The notes: generated from the sequence alone by a model not told the origin. Numbered from the stretch's first letter, positions 11,747 through 25,424 are shown. The stretch is DNA of 64,000 bases from Macrostomum lignano (GCA_002269645.1 NIVC01002289.1:62001-126000); one strand, 5' to 3'. Numbers and translations: made by a program.

Positions 11747-13578
11747 GAGCTGCAGGAGGCTGTTTCAGTGTAGTTAAAATTAAATGAGTGATTCCTCTAG
11801 AAGAACAAAAACTGCTTGGTTGCAGATTGCTCTGGTATTTCTGTCCGTTGAATTAGCTGCCGAAATTCTGAGCACATCCCTGCGCAACTGAACAATTTGC
11901 GCGCACGGATTCAAAATTAATTTGCTTCAGAACGTCATCAAAGCTAATAAATCATGAATGTCAGGAGACGACAGGCTTACAGTATAGGAGTAAATTTGAC
12001 TGATACACCCACGAAAACCCGCGCATTGCGTTCCAAGAACCCTAACCTAGAATCACTAGAGCCATCTCCATAAGCCTTTGGTGATTCAGTCAACCATGTT
12101 TATCCAATTTCAAGTAGCTTTAAAATTAATTTCATCACTTTTTCTTTAAGCTATAAACTACTTGTTTAAAAAAAGCATCATTTGTTTCTACTTAAAGTAG
12201 GCTTTAGGCGCACAAAATCTCCGCTGAAGGCCAGTTGGGCTAAACTTAGAAGGTAAACACGCGGCAGACGTGTGACTGTTGTTTTTGTGGGTCATTTTAG
12301 AAGTTTGACTGCCGCGACGACAGCTGAATATGGTAAGCGTAGCGTTTCGGATGATAAATTGTGCATTGGAAATACGCTCGTACTGTCTTCTGCATGCACC
12401 ACTGCTGCTAATGCTGCTCAAAGCGTTATGGTATGCTGGATCACGTAGTCTATCAATGGGGTCCAGTTCGCTGTCACGCGTGCACTATTAAACATTTGGC
12501 CGAGTGTCGCAGTTCTTATCGGTTAGCAGCGGGCTGTCTATTTTTGTCTGCCTCTGCCTGCTAGAAGGCAGTCACGCGGGCGGCTCGTGATGCCCTCCCT
12601 CCCTCCCCGCCCCTCTCACGTGAGTTCGACGTGCTGTTGCGTGAGAATCCAGAGCAGCCGTTGCAGTGGGACAGGCTGAACTGCTCCAGCTTCAGTTCAG
12701 TGCAGTCGATATGGATTTTTTTAAATATGACTATTGTCTCAGAAATGCTGCCTCATCGAAGACTTTTCTGTCTTTCTCGGAAAATTTTAAACGCCTTATT
12801 GCAAGCGGAGGCTGGTCGTGCACGGGAGATCCAGAGACGGAGAAGAGGGCGATGATGGAGCTGAGGAAGACAGAGTGTGAGCAGCTTTGCAGGGGTAGCT
12901 TTCAGGTGTCTGACACAGGGGTTTTCTTGTATTCATGCATATGAGTGCAGTGTCAAGTTTTGAAAGAACTAATTAAGATCCAGAAAATTTACAGCATTGG
13001 TAGCAAGGCTATACACAAATAAGTTTAAATTATCAAACACCTGACAATTATGTATTTCTTGATTGAAATCTTCAGATGATAAAGTTATGCATATATAAAT
13101 AAATCTAATATTTTTTAAATTTTTAATAACGAGTGATATACCAACGTTATATTGATATATATGATGGGTGTGGACAGAGCACAAGATTACAATTAGTGTT
13201 GATTAATTCGTTGCCAAATATCTAAACAGTATATTTACTGTACAGAAAAATAGTGAAGTGGACAGAAGCGAGGACAAATGCATAGGACAGACAAGTGTGC
13301 GAACACTGATTTACAATGCCAGTCCGACACCACTGGCATTCTGTCTTTTCTATATATAGATATAGCTCTATCTGTTAGCTCAGGGTACACTGATTTGCAT
13401 TTCAAATATTGAACCAGAAATTGCAAGGACGTATGCAGCAACAGGTACACAAAAATAAGATCAGTCTTTGTTCTTCTACATACGTAAATATGCTATATAG
13501 TGTTTAACACTGGGCGAGTTAAAGTTAACACAACCAAGAGCACACAGCGCAATGGATGCGGAAAGCGTGCTTGTAAGC

Positions 13579-14652
13579 TTAGTCGGACGATTCGCTGACT
13601 GGCCTACTATTAGTAGGCGAGTTGGCAGATCGAGAGTCGTGGCGTCGCTCGTGCTTAGCCAGATGGTCGCTCCGGCTGAACTGGCGGTCGCATCGGGCGC
13701 AGCGGAATCGCCGTTCGCCAGTGTGGCCGCGCCGGTGTCGGGACAGCTCATCAGAGCGGGCGAACTCGCGCCCGCAGCCCGGCCAGTCGCAGTGATAAGG
13801 TTTCTCGCCCGTGTGGCACCGGTAGTGAGCCTTCAGGTGCGAGCTCTTATAATAGGACTTGCCGCAGCCAGGGTAACTGCATGCGTGAGCTTTGCCGCGC
13901 GCGCCGAGGGCTGGCGACCCGGGTGCGGCTGCCGAACCCGGCTGCAGCTGCTGCTTGCCGCTAGCAGGCGGTAATTGCTGCTTCTGCTGCTGCTGTTGCT
14001 GCTCCTGCTTCTGGCGAGAAGGCGCCGCCGCCGAATGCAGCAGCACAACCTGCACGGGAGTGTTCAGCGGCTTCTGCAGCGCCCGGATCGGAATTAGCAG
14101 GGCCTGCACCGGGCCCAGCTGGTCAGCCTCCGATGATGACGCATCGGCCTGCTCGCCGCTCCACTGCAGCTGGCGCCTGGCCACCTTGGCAGCCGGCGCA
14201 CCAGCGTCAGTTGACTCGTCGATCAGGTCCGCGGAGCCCAGACTCGGACAGTCGCTGCTGGCCGGCGAGCTGGCCTGCTGACGCTTGTGGTCGAACAGCA
14301 GCTCAGATAGAAGTGACCTACTATTCGACACTGATCCATTCTGCTGCGGCTGTTGCTGCGCTGGTGGAGGCGGCAGCGGCGGTGGTGGCGGGGACGCAGC
14401 CTTGGCGGCAATCGGAGTCTTAGCTGGCCTGTCTTGAATGAGCGACATCGTGGCTGCCAGGCGTCGCCGGTTGTCGGACTCCGTGTCAGGCTTGGCCTGC
14501 TCCGGCCGGCTGGCCACTCGATGCAGTTTAAACTTTAACCGACGACACAGCTCGTTATCATAAGCAGCCTCAACGGCGGCTTGCGACGCTTCGCATTCGG
14601 TTTCCATGGGTTGGGCCAGCGACAGTAGAGTCCTAGCGCAGTCCAGTTCCAT
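13579..14652 (-). CDS. Kruppel-like factor (KLF9/13/10/11-cabut type), single coding exon, ~357 aa from MELDC
   Basis: Three C-terminal C2H2 fingers ([79 protein letters not shown]). N-terminal [10 protein letters not shown] resembles a Sin3-interaction helix. The ORF-track start (14691) is TTG; the first ATG is 14652. Confidence 0.93.
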   Translation of the reverse strand: MELDCARTLLSLAQPMETECEASQAAVEAAYDNELCRRLKFKLHRVASRPEQAKPDTESDNRRRLAATMSLIQDRPAKTPIAAKAASPPPPPLPPPPAQQQPQQNGSVSNSRSLLSELLFDHKRQQASSPASSDCPSLGSADLIDESTDAGAPAAKVARRQLQWSGEQADASSSEADQLGPVQALLIPIRALQKPLNTPVQVVLLHSAAAPSRQKQEQQQQQQKQQLPPASGKQQLQPGSAAAPGSPALGARGKAHACSYPGCGKSYYKSSHLKAHYRCHTGEKPYHCDWPGCGREFARSDELSRHRRGHTGERRFRCARCDRQFSRSDHLAKHERRHDSRSANSPTNSRPVSESSD

Positions 14653-14728
14653 TGTTTTGTACGAGCTCTTCGATTGGAATAAAGATGGCAAAGTTAGCCT
14701 GATTTTGGGCCAAACAGACGGGAACGGT

Positions 14729-15164
14729 GGGGCGTGGCTTTAGCTTAGTCTAAGGACATGGCGGACCCAAAATTCTTGCTATTTAAGTTAGTTCTCTTGC
14801 CTCCACCGGGTCAGAATCATCAGCCCCGCGCATGGCCTCGGGTAATGCCTAAAGGTCGGTGTGGGTTCCCCGTGCTAAAATTAGCAACAGCACGCAGCGC
14901 TTCGTAGGCAGCTTCACGCGGCGGGAGCGTGGCTTGTGGCGTGAATCGTATAGGCAGTGTACGCAAAGCTGAGGCCAGTGGGGGCGTGGCCCCGAGACCC
15001 AGTGCACAAAGTGCACGCATGGTCAGAAATTCCCTCCTAACTTGTTTCAGCTTAGCCCGGTGGTTTGTAATTTCGGAAGTGACGATGCCATCACACATGG
15101 ACTGCGTGATATTGCCACACTGGCCCGCCTCCGCCCCATTTCCACCTATCCAAGCCCCACCCCA
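14729..15164. promoter_or_regulatory. Cluster of GC/GT boxes (Sp/KLF consensus) upstream of the KLF gene
   Basis: GGGGCGTGGC at 14729-14738 and 14981-14990, variant GGGAGCGTGGC at 14923-14933, CCCGCC/CCGCCCC at 15124-15137, GCCCCACCCC at ~15155-15164. Confidence 0.55.
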
Positions 15165-16339
15165 GTCGAACTAGACCGACTAGACGAGCAAATATTTTCC
15201 CCCTAAAGTTCGGCCCATGACCTCGTTGCCTGAAGGCCGAGCAACAAGAACAGTCTTCTTATCTTAAAGATTGCTTAACAACCAAAATCCACAAAATCCA
15301 CGTAGAATCCGATCCAGTGCTGCATGATCATTCTGAATCTAAAGCTAAAACTCAAACTAATTGGGGTTATTTTTCGTAGATGAATGACGAAACTCAAACA
15401 GTTGAACAACTATAATAATTATTAAATGTAATATTATCATAGCTCAACCTTTATTCCAATTTATACAATCTCTCATAAATATGTTTAATATCTGCTGGAC
15501 CAGACAAAAGACTTATTTTGCAGCGCCATAAATAACTTAAGTCGTCACATGACTGGTTCAAAGTGCATTTGACTATGTTTATTGTGTGTTGTGTTCAAGC
15601 CGAATTTTCTGGTGCAAATTAATACGAGCTAATCTCGCATGGGCATGCGCTAGCTAAAGTAATTTAAATTTTTAAAAAGCAAAAAATCATATGTAATAAT
15701 TTATCTCGGAAATATTCCTGTGAATGCAGTTAATCCATCTTAAGAAATGCGTTAACCAAATTGAATGCCTTTTTATTGAGAAAATGGGTTCTTCTGGCAA
15801 ACTTAAATTGGCTCCCATTGTGCTATTCTACTTAAAGTAGCTTGAACGGGACACCGCAATAGAGAGTAATTTTTCTTACTATACAAATTAGTAATTGGAA
15901 ATCTACAAAATCAGATGTTAGCACTCATTTTGGCGGTACAGGCAGGTACTCATTTCAAGGACAACTTAAGTAGAAAGACGCAACACTCGAAATCCATGGT
16001 AAATGTTTTGAAGGCAACTTTTCGCCGAAAAATACACTACAGAGATAGGTTTTATTTTTTCAGCAAAAAATTGTTATTGCTTTTGATAGGAGGCAGATCC
16101 AGTGTTCATATTTTGATATGTTGTGCCTTTCTTATTGCTCTATCGATATTCGTAAAGCTTATCGTTCAGAAATAGTTTTAAAGGCAGGTTTCACCGGAAA
16201 AATACACTACGGAGATAGGAAATTTCACGATTTTCAACACTAAAACATGCAGTGATTGGGTCTTTTAAAAGCTAATGTCAGAGAAAGTCCTAATCACACT
16301 ATTTTGTGCCTCACATGCTGCTCTAACGACGCATTAATC

Positions 16340-16659
16340 GATTTTTCATTTTAAACTTGTTACTTGGGTAGTCCTTGACTTATTTAAGCATCTCAGGCAC
16401 TCATTTTAGCGTCGAACAAGGCGCTATTACATGATGTACTATGTACTTTTTGCGCCCTGAAGCAATAAATCATTGATTTCCATATAACTAGCTATACAAT
16501 AGGTGTGGCAAAGGGACATTTTAAGGAACAAAGCATTGGCATGTCCCCCTCACGGGAGAAAAAGCTAGCATTGGCATGTCTCCCCATAGCTTTTACTGGG
16601 GGACATATGTCCCCGGCCCTGCTGGTTCAGTGTCCTCCCCCCAGTTTCGACGCTCCTGA
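16340..16659 (-). mobile_element. Dispersed repeat fragment related to 6440-6651
   Basis: Shared motifs cactcatttt(g/a)gcg and ttggcatgtcccc, and shared end motif. Confidence 0.4.
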
Positions 16660-19288
16660 ATCCAATTAAATCTATAATAGAGCTTTACCATTAGAACTAA
16701 CGGTCCCATTTGTTTCACGTGCTGTCCGGCTGTGTGCTCACAGTTTCCGTGTACCGTACATGTACCGATACATATACTACTAGCTAGTATAGGGGTACAT
16801 ATGTATATAGTACATGTTTAACATGAAAAACATGCAAGAAACATGCACTACTACAGCGTACACGCATGATTCCTGCATAATTACCATGTTCTGCATAATT
16901 CTATTTTTGCATATGTATGTCTGTACAGCAGTATATATTATTTACTGTACCGCATATCCATATATATCAATCATTAATTAATTTTTTTTTAAATGTAATT
17001 GCAAACAGAAAGCATTGATTTAAATCTAGAACTTTCTAAGAAACACATGTGCAACTAATCACTAATCTTGCTTTTTTTTAAATCAAAACACTTTCTATAA
17101 CTTACAAGACGGGGGGCAGGTGATTAGTGCCATCAGACATTTTTAATGGTTCTTAAGCTTAAGTTATAATTTACTCTCTTCATGTGCATTCGCTGTTTAA
17201 TAATAGTTTGGAATTTTTGAGGCCCTGTTATAAATTTAGTTTTCAAATGGCAACTATCTACTAATGGTATCTATTCTTTAATTTTCATAGAATTTTCTGT
17301 GTTTTGACTATATTTATCATTCCCATACCTCTTTCTATATATATTTTTTATTTCAATCCTTCAGTTATAGAGTATTCTATTTGTTTAATTGAATTTAGTG
17401 CCTAAAAAGTGCCTAATCAAATCACACAAAAATATTAGGTTTGCCTGTAATTTTGTCAATATATATATATAAGTTAAAATTATTAAATGAACTGAAATGC
17501 GTGAAGAGGTTTAAGAAACAAATAGAATTAAAAGAAAGTAGATAACTTATATCTAGACTAAAGCTTTTTAACCATTTGGCATTTTCCTTAGCTATAAAAA
17601 TATAGCTAAATGTCTTTATCTAATAAATTACCTAAGTGTATTTATATATAGCTACCTGAATATTTAATATGTATATTTATATAATGTAGAATAAATGCAT
17701 TTAATAGACAATATAGAAAATAGAAAATAAGGGTTTTTAAATTGTTAATTTACTACTAGGATTCATTGATATAACCAGAAATTTGTAAAGGGAAAAGCAT
17801 ATTCTAGGGCATGGGTAGGCAAACTTTTTATATTAAGAGCCAGATAAGGAATCTAGATCATTGTTATAGGCTAGCTGAGAGTAAAAAATGGAATGGGTAA
17901 TAGAAAAGAAAGAAGAGATGACAAATAACAAGAAGGAGAGATGAGAGATGTGATAAGAAAAGAGATAAGATAAAAGATTAAAAAGAGAAAAGATAAAAGA
18001 TAAAAGAAAGAAGAAAGGAAAGAGATCAGAAAGGAAAATAAAAATAAGAAGATAAGATAAAAAGGAAAAGTAGATGAGAGAAAAGAGAAAAGAAAAGAGA
18101 GTAGAAAAAACTTAGAAGAAACAACAACCTTGAGTGGGCTCAGTTGCTATTGTGAAGTTTCAAATGACCCAAGGGCTAGATAGAGAGGCTTTGCAGACCA
18201 CATGTAGTCTATAGACCAGAGTTTGCCTATTCTGGAGGATAAATGCCTAAAAGGGGGAAGAGGGGATGGCTTTGATTTTTCTGTGAAAATGTACATGGTC
18301 CCTTTATTTTATGGTCTCTACCAAAGGGGGGAACCACCCTCATCTTTGCCTAGGTGCACCCTTGCAAGTATTAATACATTGCAATTAAACAGTTAACAAT
18401 CAAAATTGTTTACTAAAACTGTATCTAGTGCTACAATTTATAATTTATGTTACACCAAATTACCAATTATCTTTAGCTTCTTGCTACTATATTTCTTCAT
18501 TGATTTTGAGCATTTGGCTAATAAATGACTTTGGCTTGAATCTCTTGATTGGCAATTGTATAAACAGCTAACTTGAATGCCTCAATAGAATAGAAATTCC
18601 TTAGTGACTTAAATAAGCTATTAGATGAGTTCACCCATTTTTAATAATTTGCAAAAATTAAAACTATTTTAATTATACCAAAGTTATATAGTGCAATCTA
18701 ACTTTGCTACTTTTAGTAGAATCTGACAAATTTCATAGGAGATGTGGTAAATTTTATCTATATACTTAACTGGCTTTAAAGTATAGTTTAGTATTTTGTG
18801 CACTGCACCTGCTATAGGATCCTGGCTAAATTAGCTTTTTATAAGCCACTTGCTCAGCCTGCTTCACCTTCCCAGCCTTATTGGTTTTCCTCACTTCTGA
18901 ATTATTGATTAAGTGCTATTGACTAGCGACACAGAGTGAAACAAATGTGACTGAGCTCTAGTCCAGCAAATTTACATGGGCTGAATTGAATTCTCAATTT
19001 GCAAGCACAAGCAGTGGCGCTTTTTAAGATGGCTTTTATTTTCTTTCCCATAAAGGCTTAAAGAGAATGTCTTACCTGCGCACGAAGGATCTAAATAGGG
19101 CGGGTGTTTTTGATCCAATAATGCCTGAAGTCCAAAGAATCTTATATGAGTGAATGTCTTCCTAACACTAAATGAATCCCCAAGGAGGCCTGCTACCCCC
19201 ATCCCCGCACCTGAGGGATTCCAGGTGCAGGTGGTCGTCCCAAAATTGAGCTTAAATTCCAAATTTGCAGCTTCGCTGAGCAGCAGTC

Positions 19289-21178
19289 ATGGCCGAAGCG
19301 AGTTCCGACATCTCCGCTGACGGCGACTCGCTTCCGGCCATCGCCGGCGCCTTCGTGGCGGCATTCGACACGCATGTTGGCAACCTGATCGAGTGGTGCC
19401 GGCCAGCCGAGCTCAACAGGCCCGGCCTGGAGTTCAAAGCCATCCCGAGCGGGGCGCACGACTTGGACGAAGATTTTGTTTATCTGCGCTGCGGCCGGCT
19501 GTTCGGTCTGGCCGTCTGCGTCAAACGCGACCTGTCGTTGCTGGCCTCGCCAGCCGCCGCAGCGGCTGAGCGCGGCGCCCGCGTCCGCTCCGTAGGCGTC
19601 CTTGGCAGGCGGCCCGGGCCGCTGGGCCGGCACGCGGCCTTCCTGCGGCGCCAGGCGGACAGGCTGCTGGACGGTGGCAGCGACTACTCGGAGCTGGCCG
19701 CCTTTGTTGACGAGCGCCGGGCTGACGAGCCGGACGGCGACGATGCGATCGATGCCAATGCTCTGCTGGGCCTCGGCCTGACGGTGAGGGCCTGGTCATA
19801 GTAGACTGTAGATCTGGTCATAGTAGACTGTAGATCTGGTTATAGTAGACTGTAAATCTGGTCATAGTAGACTGTAAATCTGGTCATACATGTAGTAGAC
19901 TGTAAATCTTTACTGGTCATAGTAGACTGTAAATCTGGTCATAGTAGACTGTAAATCTGGTCATAATTGACTATGTACAGTACCCCTAGCCAATATAGAC
20001 TAGATCTGCCAGGTGCTGCTGGAAAGCTGAAGTGAAAGCAGAGCTTTGCCTCATCTTTTTTCCTAGTTTTTCAGCGATCAACGGCACGCACTGGCATTTG
20101 ACGCGTTCTTCGAGGGATTCGGCGAGCAGCTGATGACTCTGTGGAAATTCATGCTGCTCAGGAAGCGGGTTCTTTTCTGCTCTCTGCCGCCGATTGGAGA
20201 CTCCTGCCTATTTGGTGAGCTGGTGTGTCCGTGCTGAAGTAGAGGCTGGGTCATAGGGTTTGAGAGGCTAGGTCATAAGGGTTGATGAGGCTGGGTCATA
20301 GGGGGCTGATGAAGCTGAGTAATAGAGGGTTGATGAGGCTGGGTCATAGGAGGTCGATGAGGCTGGGTCATAGGAGGTCGATGAGGCTGGGTCATAGGTG
20401 GTCGATGAGGCTGGATCATAGGGGGTTGAGGCCGGGTCATAGGGTGTTGATGAGGCTGAGTCATAGGGAGTTTGATGAGGCTGGGTCATAATGGGTTAAG
20501 GCTGGGTCATAGGCGGTTGAGGCTGGGTCATAGGCGGTTGAGGCTGGGTCATATGGGTTAAAGTCTTGACCACAGGAGGCTAAGACCTGGTCATAGAGCT
20601 CCAGTATTAGAGGCATCCAGTGCTCATAGCTGAGCCAGTAATTGCCATGCACCGCCCCCGTCTCAACAGTGCTGTTCGCGTGCGCCCTTGCTGCCCAGAC
20701 TGGCGCCCCGGCGCCGGCGCCTGAGCTGTTCGTCAGCGTGGCCGACATCGACCGGCTGCGCGGCCTGCCGCACTACGCAGCCTGCAGCACCGAGTCCATC
20801 CTGCTGCACAAGCCGGACCTGTGGCACCTGGCCATCACGGACGGCTGGCGGATGCGCGCCTCAGGGCCGGCCAGCCAGCGGCTCTGCTCGGCCGTCACAG
20901 CCGGCGATCGGCGGCGATTCGCCAGCGCCAGCGCCGAGTATCGCAGGCGGCGCAGCCCAGCGGACGCGCTGCGCTGGTTTGCCGACCTCAACCGGGGCCT
21001 CGGCGCCGCCCTGGAGCTGGCAGCCGGGCCGGCCGAGGATCACCGGTTCAGCGCCGAGGCCGCCCGCGAGTTCGGCTTCGATCTGGGCGCCCGGGCGGAC
21101 CGGGAGTTCCTGGCCGAGCTGCTCCGCCTGCGCGGATTGGACGCTTCGCTGGCCGAAACTTCCTGCTGTCCGCTGTAG
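19289..21178 (+). CDS. DENND11: DENN domain-containing protein 11 (LCHN/KIAA1147-like); exons 19289-19783, 20067-20214, 20670-21178; ~383 aa
   Basis: FDTHVGNLIEW, LEFKAIPSGAH, ERGARVRSVGVL, FGEQLMTLWKFMLLRKRVLF, FVSVADI, DREFLAELL and C-terminal CCPL match LCHN as I recall it. Junction phases 0 and 1 are consistent. Confidence 0.9.
19792..19970. repeat. Minisatellite, ~22-bp unit (ctggtcatagtagactgtagat), DENND11 intron 1
   Basis: Tandem periodicity starting 8 nt after the donor. Confidence 0.85.
20243..20600. repeat. Minisatellite, 21-24 bp unit (gatgaggctgggtcatagg...), DENND11 intron 2
   Basis: Tandem periodicity. Confidence 0.85.
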
Positions 21179-21220
21179 GAGAGAGTTGCGATCGTAGCGG
21201 ACAGACATTTGTCTTGGTAT

Positions 21221-21865
21221 GGGATTTCCTGATCCTGGTTTCTGGAGGGGTGAGATTTCCTGATCCCATGGTTTCTGGAGGGGTGAGATTTCCTGATCCT
21301 GGTTTCTGGAGGGGTGAGATTTCCTGATCCTGGTTTCTGGAGGGGTGAGATTTCCTGATCCCATGGTTTCTGGAGGGGTGAGATTTCCTGATCCCATGGT
21401 TTCTTGAGGGGTGAGATTTCCTGATCCTGGTTTCTGGAGGGGTGAGATTTCCTGATCCCATGGTTTCTGGAGGGGTGAGATTTCCTGATCCTGGTTTCTG
21501 GAGGGGTGAGATTTCCTGATCCTGGTTTCTGGAGGGGTGAGATTTCCTGATCCTGGTTTCTGGAGGGGTGAGATTTCCTAATCCTGGTTTCTGGAGGGGT
21601 GAGATTTCCTGATCCTGATTTCTGGATTGATGAGATTTCCTGATCCTGATTTCTGGATTGGTGAGATTTCCTGATCCTTATTTCTGGATTGGTGAGATTT
21701 CCTGATCCTGGTTTCTGGAGGGGGTGAGATTTCCTGATCCTGATTTCTGGATTGATGAGATTTCCTGATCCTGATTTCTGGATTGGTGAGATTTCCTGAT
21801 CCTGATTTCTGGATTGGTGAGATTTCCTGATCCTGATTTCTGGATTGGTGAGATTTCCTGATCCT
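21221..21865. repeat. Minisatellite, 31-33 bp unit (gagatttcctgatcctggtttctggaggggt), just 3' of the DENND11 stop
   Basis: Tandem periodicity; unit shifts to a ...gatttctggattggt variant in the 3' half. Confidence 0.92.
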
Positions 21866-22284
21866 GCTTCGTTCCTTGTGAGGTCTCCAAAATGGAATAT
21901 TTTATATTGCATGTTGATTTAAGATTTTGTAATTATTGTCTGTCTGCTCTGCTAGCAGCGATTTCTGTCCACGATCTTGAATGAGTAGATATTGTTTAAT
22001 TCGCCCAACATTGGAAGTGTCGCCTTTATTTTATCTCGGTGTGCGCACTTTCCGATTATATAAGGCTTTCAATGACTTACTCTGGGTCCCATTGCATTGC
22101 TTAATCGGTTTCATACACTGGCACTACAAGATTGCTCCGTGCATTGCAAAGTCTCTGTGGAAGAGTTTCGTTTTTAGTTAGAGGCATGGGGCTGTCTGCA
22201 ACCTGGCTGACTTTAAGCGACATTGTCACACAACCGGCGAGAGGCATTGCTGCCCATTCCGCCGACTCCTCTGAGCAGGCACAC

Positions 22285-22547
22285 AAGCGCGCGGATACGT
22301 ACGCAGTCACACGCACAGGCACACACTCACACAGGAGTGTACAGCGGCCCTAACTTTATTTATCGTTAGGCATGTACACTTCACTGTGCCTTGGGGGTCT
22401 GGCCCTCAAGGACGTTAATTGCACGAGCAGAGCCAAGCCCGAGATTCAAATTTAGCCCCAAATTTTCGGATTAATGTGACTGCACTTGGAATCGAGCCTG
22501 GGCCGCTGGCACATCAGAGCGCCACGGTAGACCACTGAACTACGCCC
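22285..22547 (-). mobile_element. tRNA-derived SINE, copy A
   Basis: Minus strand starts gggcgtagttcagtgg (A-box-like) with ggctcgattcc (B-box-like). Body matches 53011-53280 and ends in a (GT)-rich tail. Confidence 0.8.
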
Positions 22548-22569
22548 TCTTGTTTAGAAGAGGTTGGGC

Positions 22570-23744
22570 TGTAAACTGTCGGTAGAAAAGACTCGGGGGG
22601 TAAACTGTCAGTAGAAGAGTCTCGGGAGGTAAACTGTCGGTAGAAGAGGCTCGTGAGGTAAACTGTCGGTAGAAGAGGCTTGGGAGGTAAACTGTCGGTA
22701 GAAGAGGCTCGTGAGGTAAACTGTCGGTAGAAGAGGCTTGGGAGGTAAACTGTCGGTAGAAGAGGCTCGTGAGGTAAACTGTCGGTAGAAGAGGCTTGGG
22801 AGGTAAACTGTCGGTAGAAGAGTCTCGGGAAGTAAACTGTCGGTAGAAGAGGCTCGGGAGGTAAACTGTCGGTAGAAGAGGCTCGTGAAGTAAACTGTCG
22901 GTAGAAGAGGCTCGGGAGGTAAACTGTCGGTAGAAGAGGCTCGGGAAGTAAACTGTCGGTAGAAGAGTCTCGGGAAGTAAACTGTCGGTAGAAGAGGCTC
23001 GGGAAGTAAACTGTCGGTAGAAGAGGCTCGGGAGGTAAACTGTCGGTAGAAGAGGCTCGGGAAGAAAACTGTCGGTAGAAGAGGCTCGGGAAGAAAACTG
23101 TCGGTAGAAGAGGCTCGAGAGGTAAACTGTCGGTAGAAGAGTCTCGGGAAGTAAACTGTCGGTAGAAGAGGCTCGGGAGGTAAACTGTCGGTAGAAGAGT
23201 CTCGGGAAGTAAACTGTCGGTAGAAGAGGCTCGGGAGGTAAACTGTCGGTAGAAGAGTCTCGAGAGGTAAACTGTCGGTAGAAGAGGCTCGGGAAGTAAA
23301 CTGTCGGTAGAAGAGGCTCGGGAAGTAAACTGTCGGTAGAAGAGGCTCGGGAGGTAAACAGTCGGTAGAAGAGGCTCGGGAGGTAAACTGTCGGTAGAAG
23401 AGGCTCGGGAGGTAAACTGTCGGTAGAAGAGGCTCGGGAGGTAAACTGTCGGTAGAAGAGGCTCGGGAAGTAAACTTTCGGTAGAAGAGGCTCGGGAGGT
23501 AAACTGTCGGTAGAAGAGTCTCGTGAGGTAAACTGTCGGTAGAAGAGGCTCGGGAAGTAAACTGTCGGTAGAAGAGGCTCGGGAAGTAAACTGTCGGTAG
23601 AAGAGGCTCGGGAGGTAAACAGTCGGTAGAAGAGGCTCGGGAGGTAAACTGTCGGTAGAAGAGGCTCGGGAGGTAAACTGTCGGTAGAAGAGGCTCGGGA
23701 GGTAAACTGTCGGTAGAAGAGGCTCGGGAGGTAAACAGTCGGTG
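22570..23744. repeat. Minisatellite, 29-bp unit (aaactgtcggtagaagaggctcgggaggt), ~40 copies
   Basis: Tandem periodicity; source of the spurious 438-aa ORF. Confidence 0.95.
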
Positions 23745-25289
23745 GACTCCAGATGCTCCAGACCCCAGACTCTAGATCTAGGCGTCCCTGGCCGCGCGCT
23801 CGTCCGATGCAGTCTGTTCCGATATGCCACTTTCTCTTTTACGACGATGTGGCAGAAAATTTGCCTAATTTGAGCCGCTGATATTGAGCCAGTGGGAATA
23901 TAAAGTACGGCTTAGAATAGGAATTCTGTGCCACTGCTAGTCCCTAATGCGGCATTAGTCCGCTGGTCCGAGCCTTCATTTCCAACTATTTCGGTCTTTT
24001 AGAAGCGTCAAGTTAATTTTTCTCGATGTCTCTGCTTTGCTCACTAGATAGCTCGTAGCCACTCAAATTCTTGATGAAGCCTCCACAGCCTCGCGGTAAA
24101 GAGAAATTTTAACTATTTATTTATTGCATTGCAATATTGTAAATGCAAAGATTTGACTACGTGCTAAAAGTTCGACTGGCACTAAAATTTGATTTAACTG
24201 TACACACTTTTACTTCTGTAATTTGTATACTCATCATTTTACCTGTTAATAAATAAATTTTGTGAATTAAACACGGCTCTGGAATTAGAGTTTATCTTTT
24301 ATCTTTGTCAATTTTGGAGGAACCCTGTTCAACATTGCTCAGTGTATAGGGTATTCTCCCTGCTCAACCATGCTAACTTTCCCCTACTGGTGAATGATTT
24401 GCTTTCGGGGTCAGTGGCGAGGAGCAGTAAAACTGAAGCTTGGAAGGCAGCATCAGTTTGGCAACAATAATGCTGATTAATTGCTCTTGTCTCCGCCCTA
24501 CCCAATGAAGGCCATTGAAGGCCGAATCCCATCGGACGGAGGGTGAGCTGCAATTTTGGGTCGATGCTGCTGCAACTTGCACCGAATTGGGAGACAATTT
24601 CAGTTGGCAATCTATCCGACCCCCTCCCGCCAATTAATTAGCACTCCGCCCTGCACCGGAAATGGTTTCTAGCGGCCTGTGCTGTGCTGATCGCGAAAGC
24701 TTTCGCTTCCCTGTTGACTCTGGGCAAACTGGGCTGGGTGTGTGTGGTGTGTGCTATTTTGACACTGAATGCTGCAGCTTCATGAACTACGATAAGTGAG
24801 GATTGAACATTTTAAGTGAGATATCAGTCCTTGTCCTCAGGCTCAACTGGGGCTACGAGTAAATTGCAACAGATGATGATGGAGCTGTTGTGAATGCTGT
24901 TCTTCGTCTCTGGTTCTAGCGCTGCGTCACCCCTAATCTGCGCTTTAGGCTGACTTCATGTAAAACCACAGATACTAAATAACGGGATGGGCCACTCAGG
25001 CGTGTATACTTAGTAAAACAGCTTTCTACTTTCAGTTCAGTAGCAAAGAATAATCATAAGCTTTTTTTTTAAATAAAGGCAGCTGAAATGACTTTAATAA
25101 GTTCAGAAGCCCAAAGCTTGCAGGCGTAAACAACTTGCTAATTGGTTCAGCCATAATGTACATTAGCCAGTCCACTGAAATGTACATGGCTAGGCTGGAG
25201 TTTCCGAGAAAGGCAATTAAAATTAGGGCTGGGCGGGGCGGGGGTAGAGTGGAAAGGTGCGGTTGGAGGTTTAATTGGGGGGCGGGGGT

Positions 25290-25424
25290 AGAGACTCGTT
25301 CACACTGCCATCAAATAAGACCAAATTACGTGTGATCACACAATTTGTACATCAAATTTGATTCCTTTGTACATTGGTCGTGTAATTTGGTGGCTCGTTT
25401 GATGGCAGGTGTGAATGAGCCTTT
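25290..25424. mobile_element. Small MITE with ~40-bp imperfect TIRs (Harbinger-like ends)
   Basis: actcgttcacactgccatcaaa...accaaattac pairs with gtaatttggt...tttgatggcaggtgtgaatgagc. Confidence 0.6.

Noticed and set aside
15990-16330. Degenerate ~170-bp direct duplication (aaaaatacactac(a/g)gagatagg)
   Set aside because: Real but only two diverged copies with no evident function; treated as ordinary repeat debris.
22514-23830. 438-aa ORF and the other long repetitive ORFs (e.g. 9729-10465, 27599-28488, 35331-36158, 36400-37356, 45872-46757, 50139-51024)
   Set aside because: They are translations of stop-free minisatellite units, open in several frames or strands at once, mostly intronic, with no domain content.
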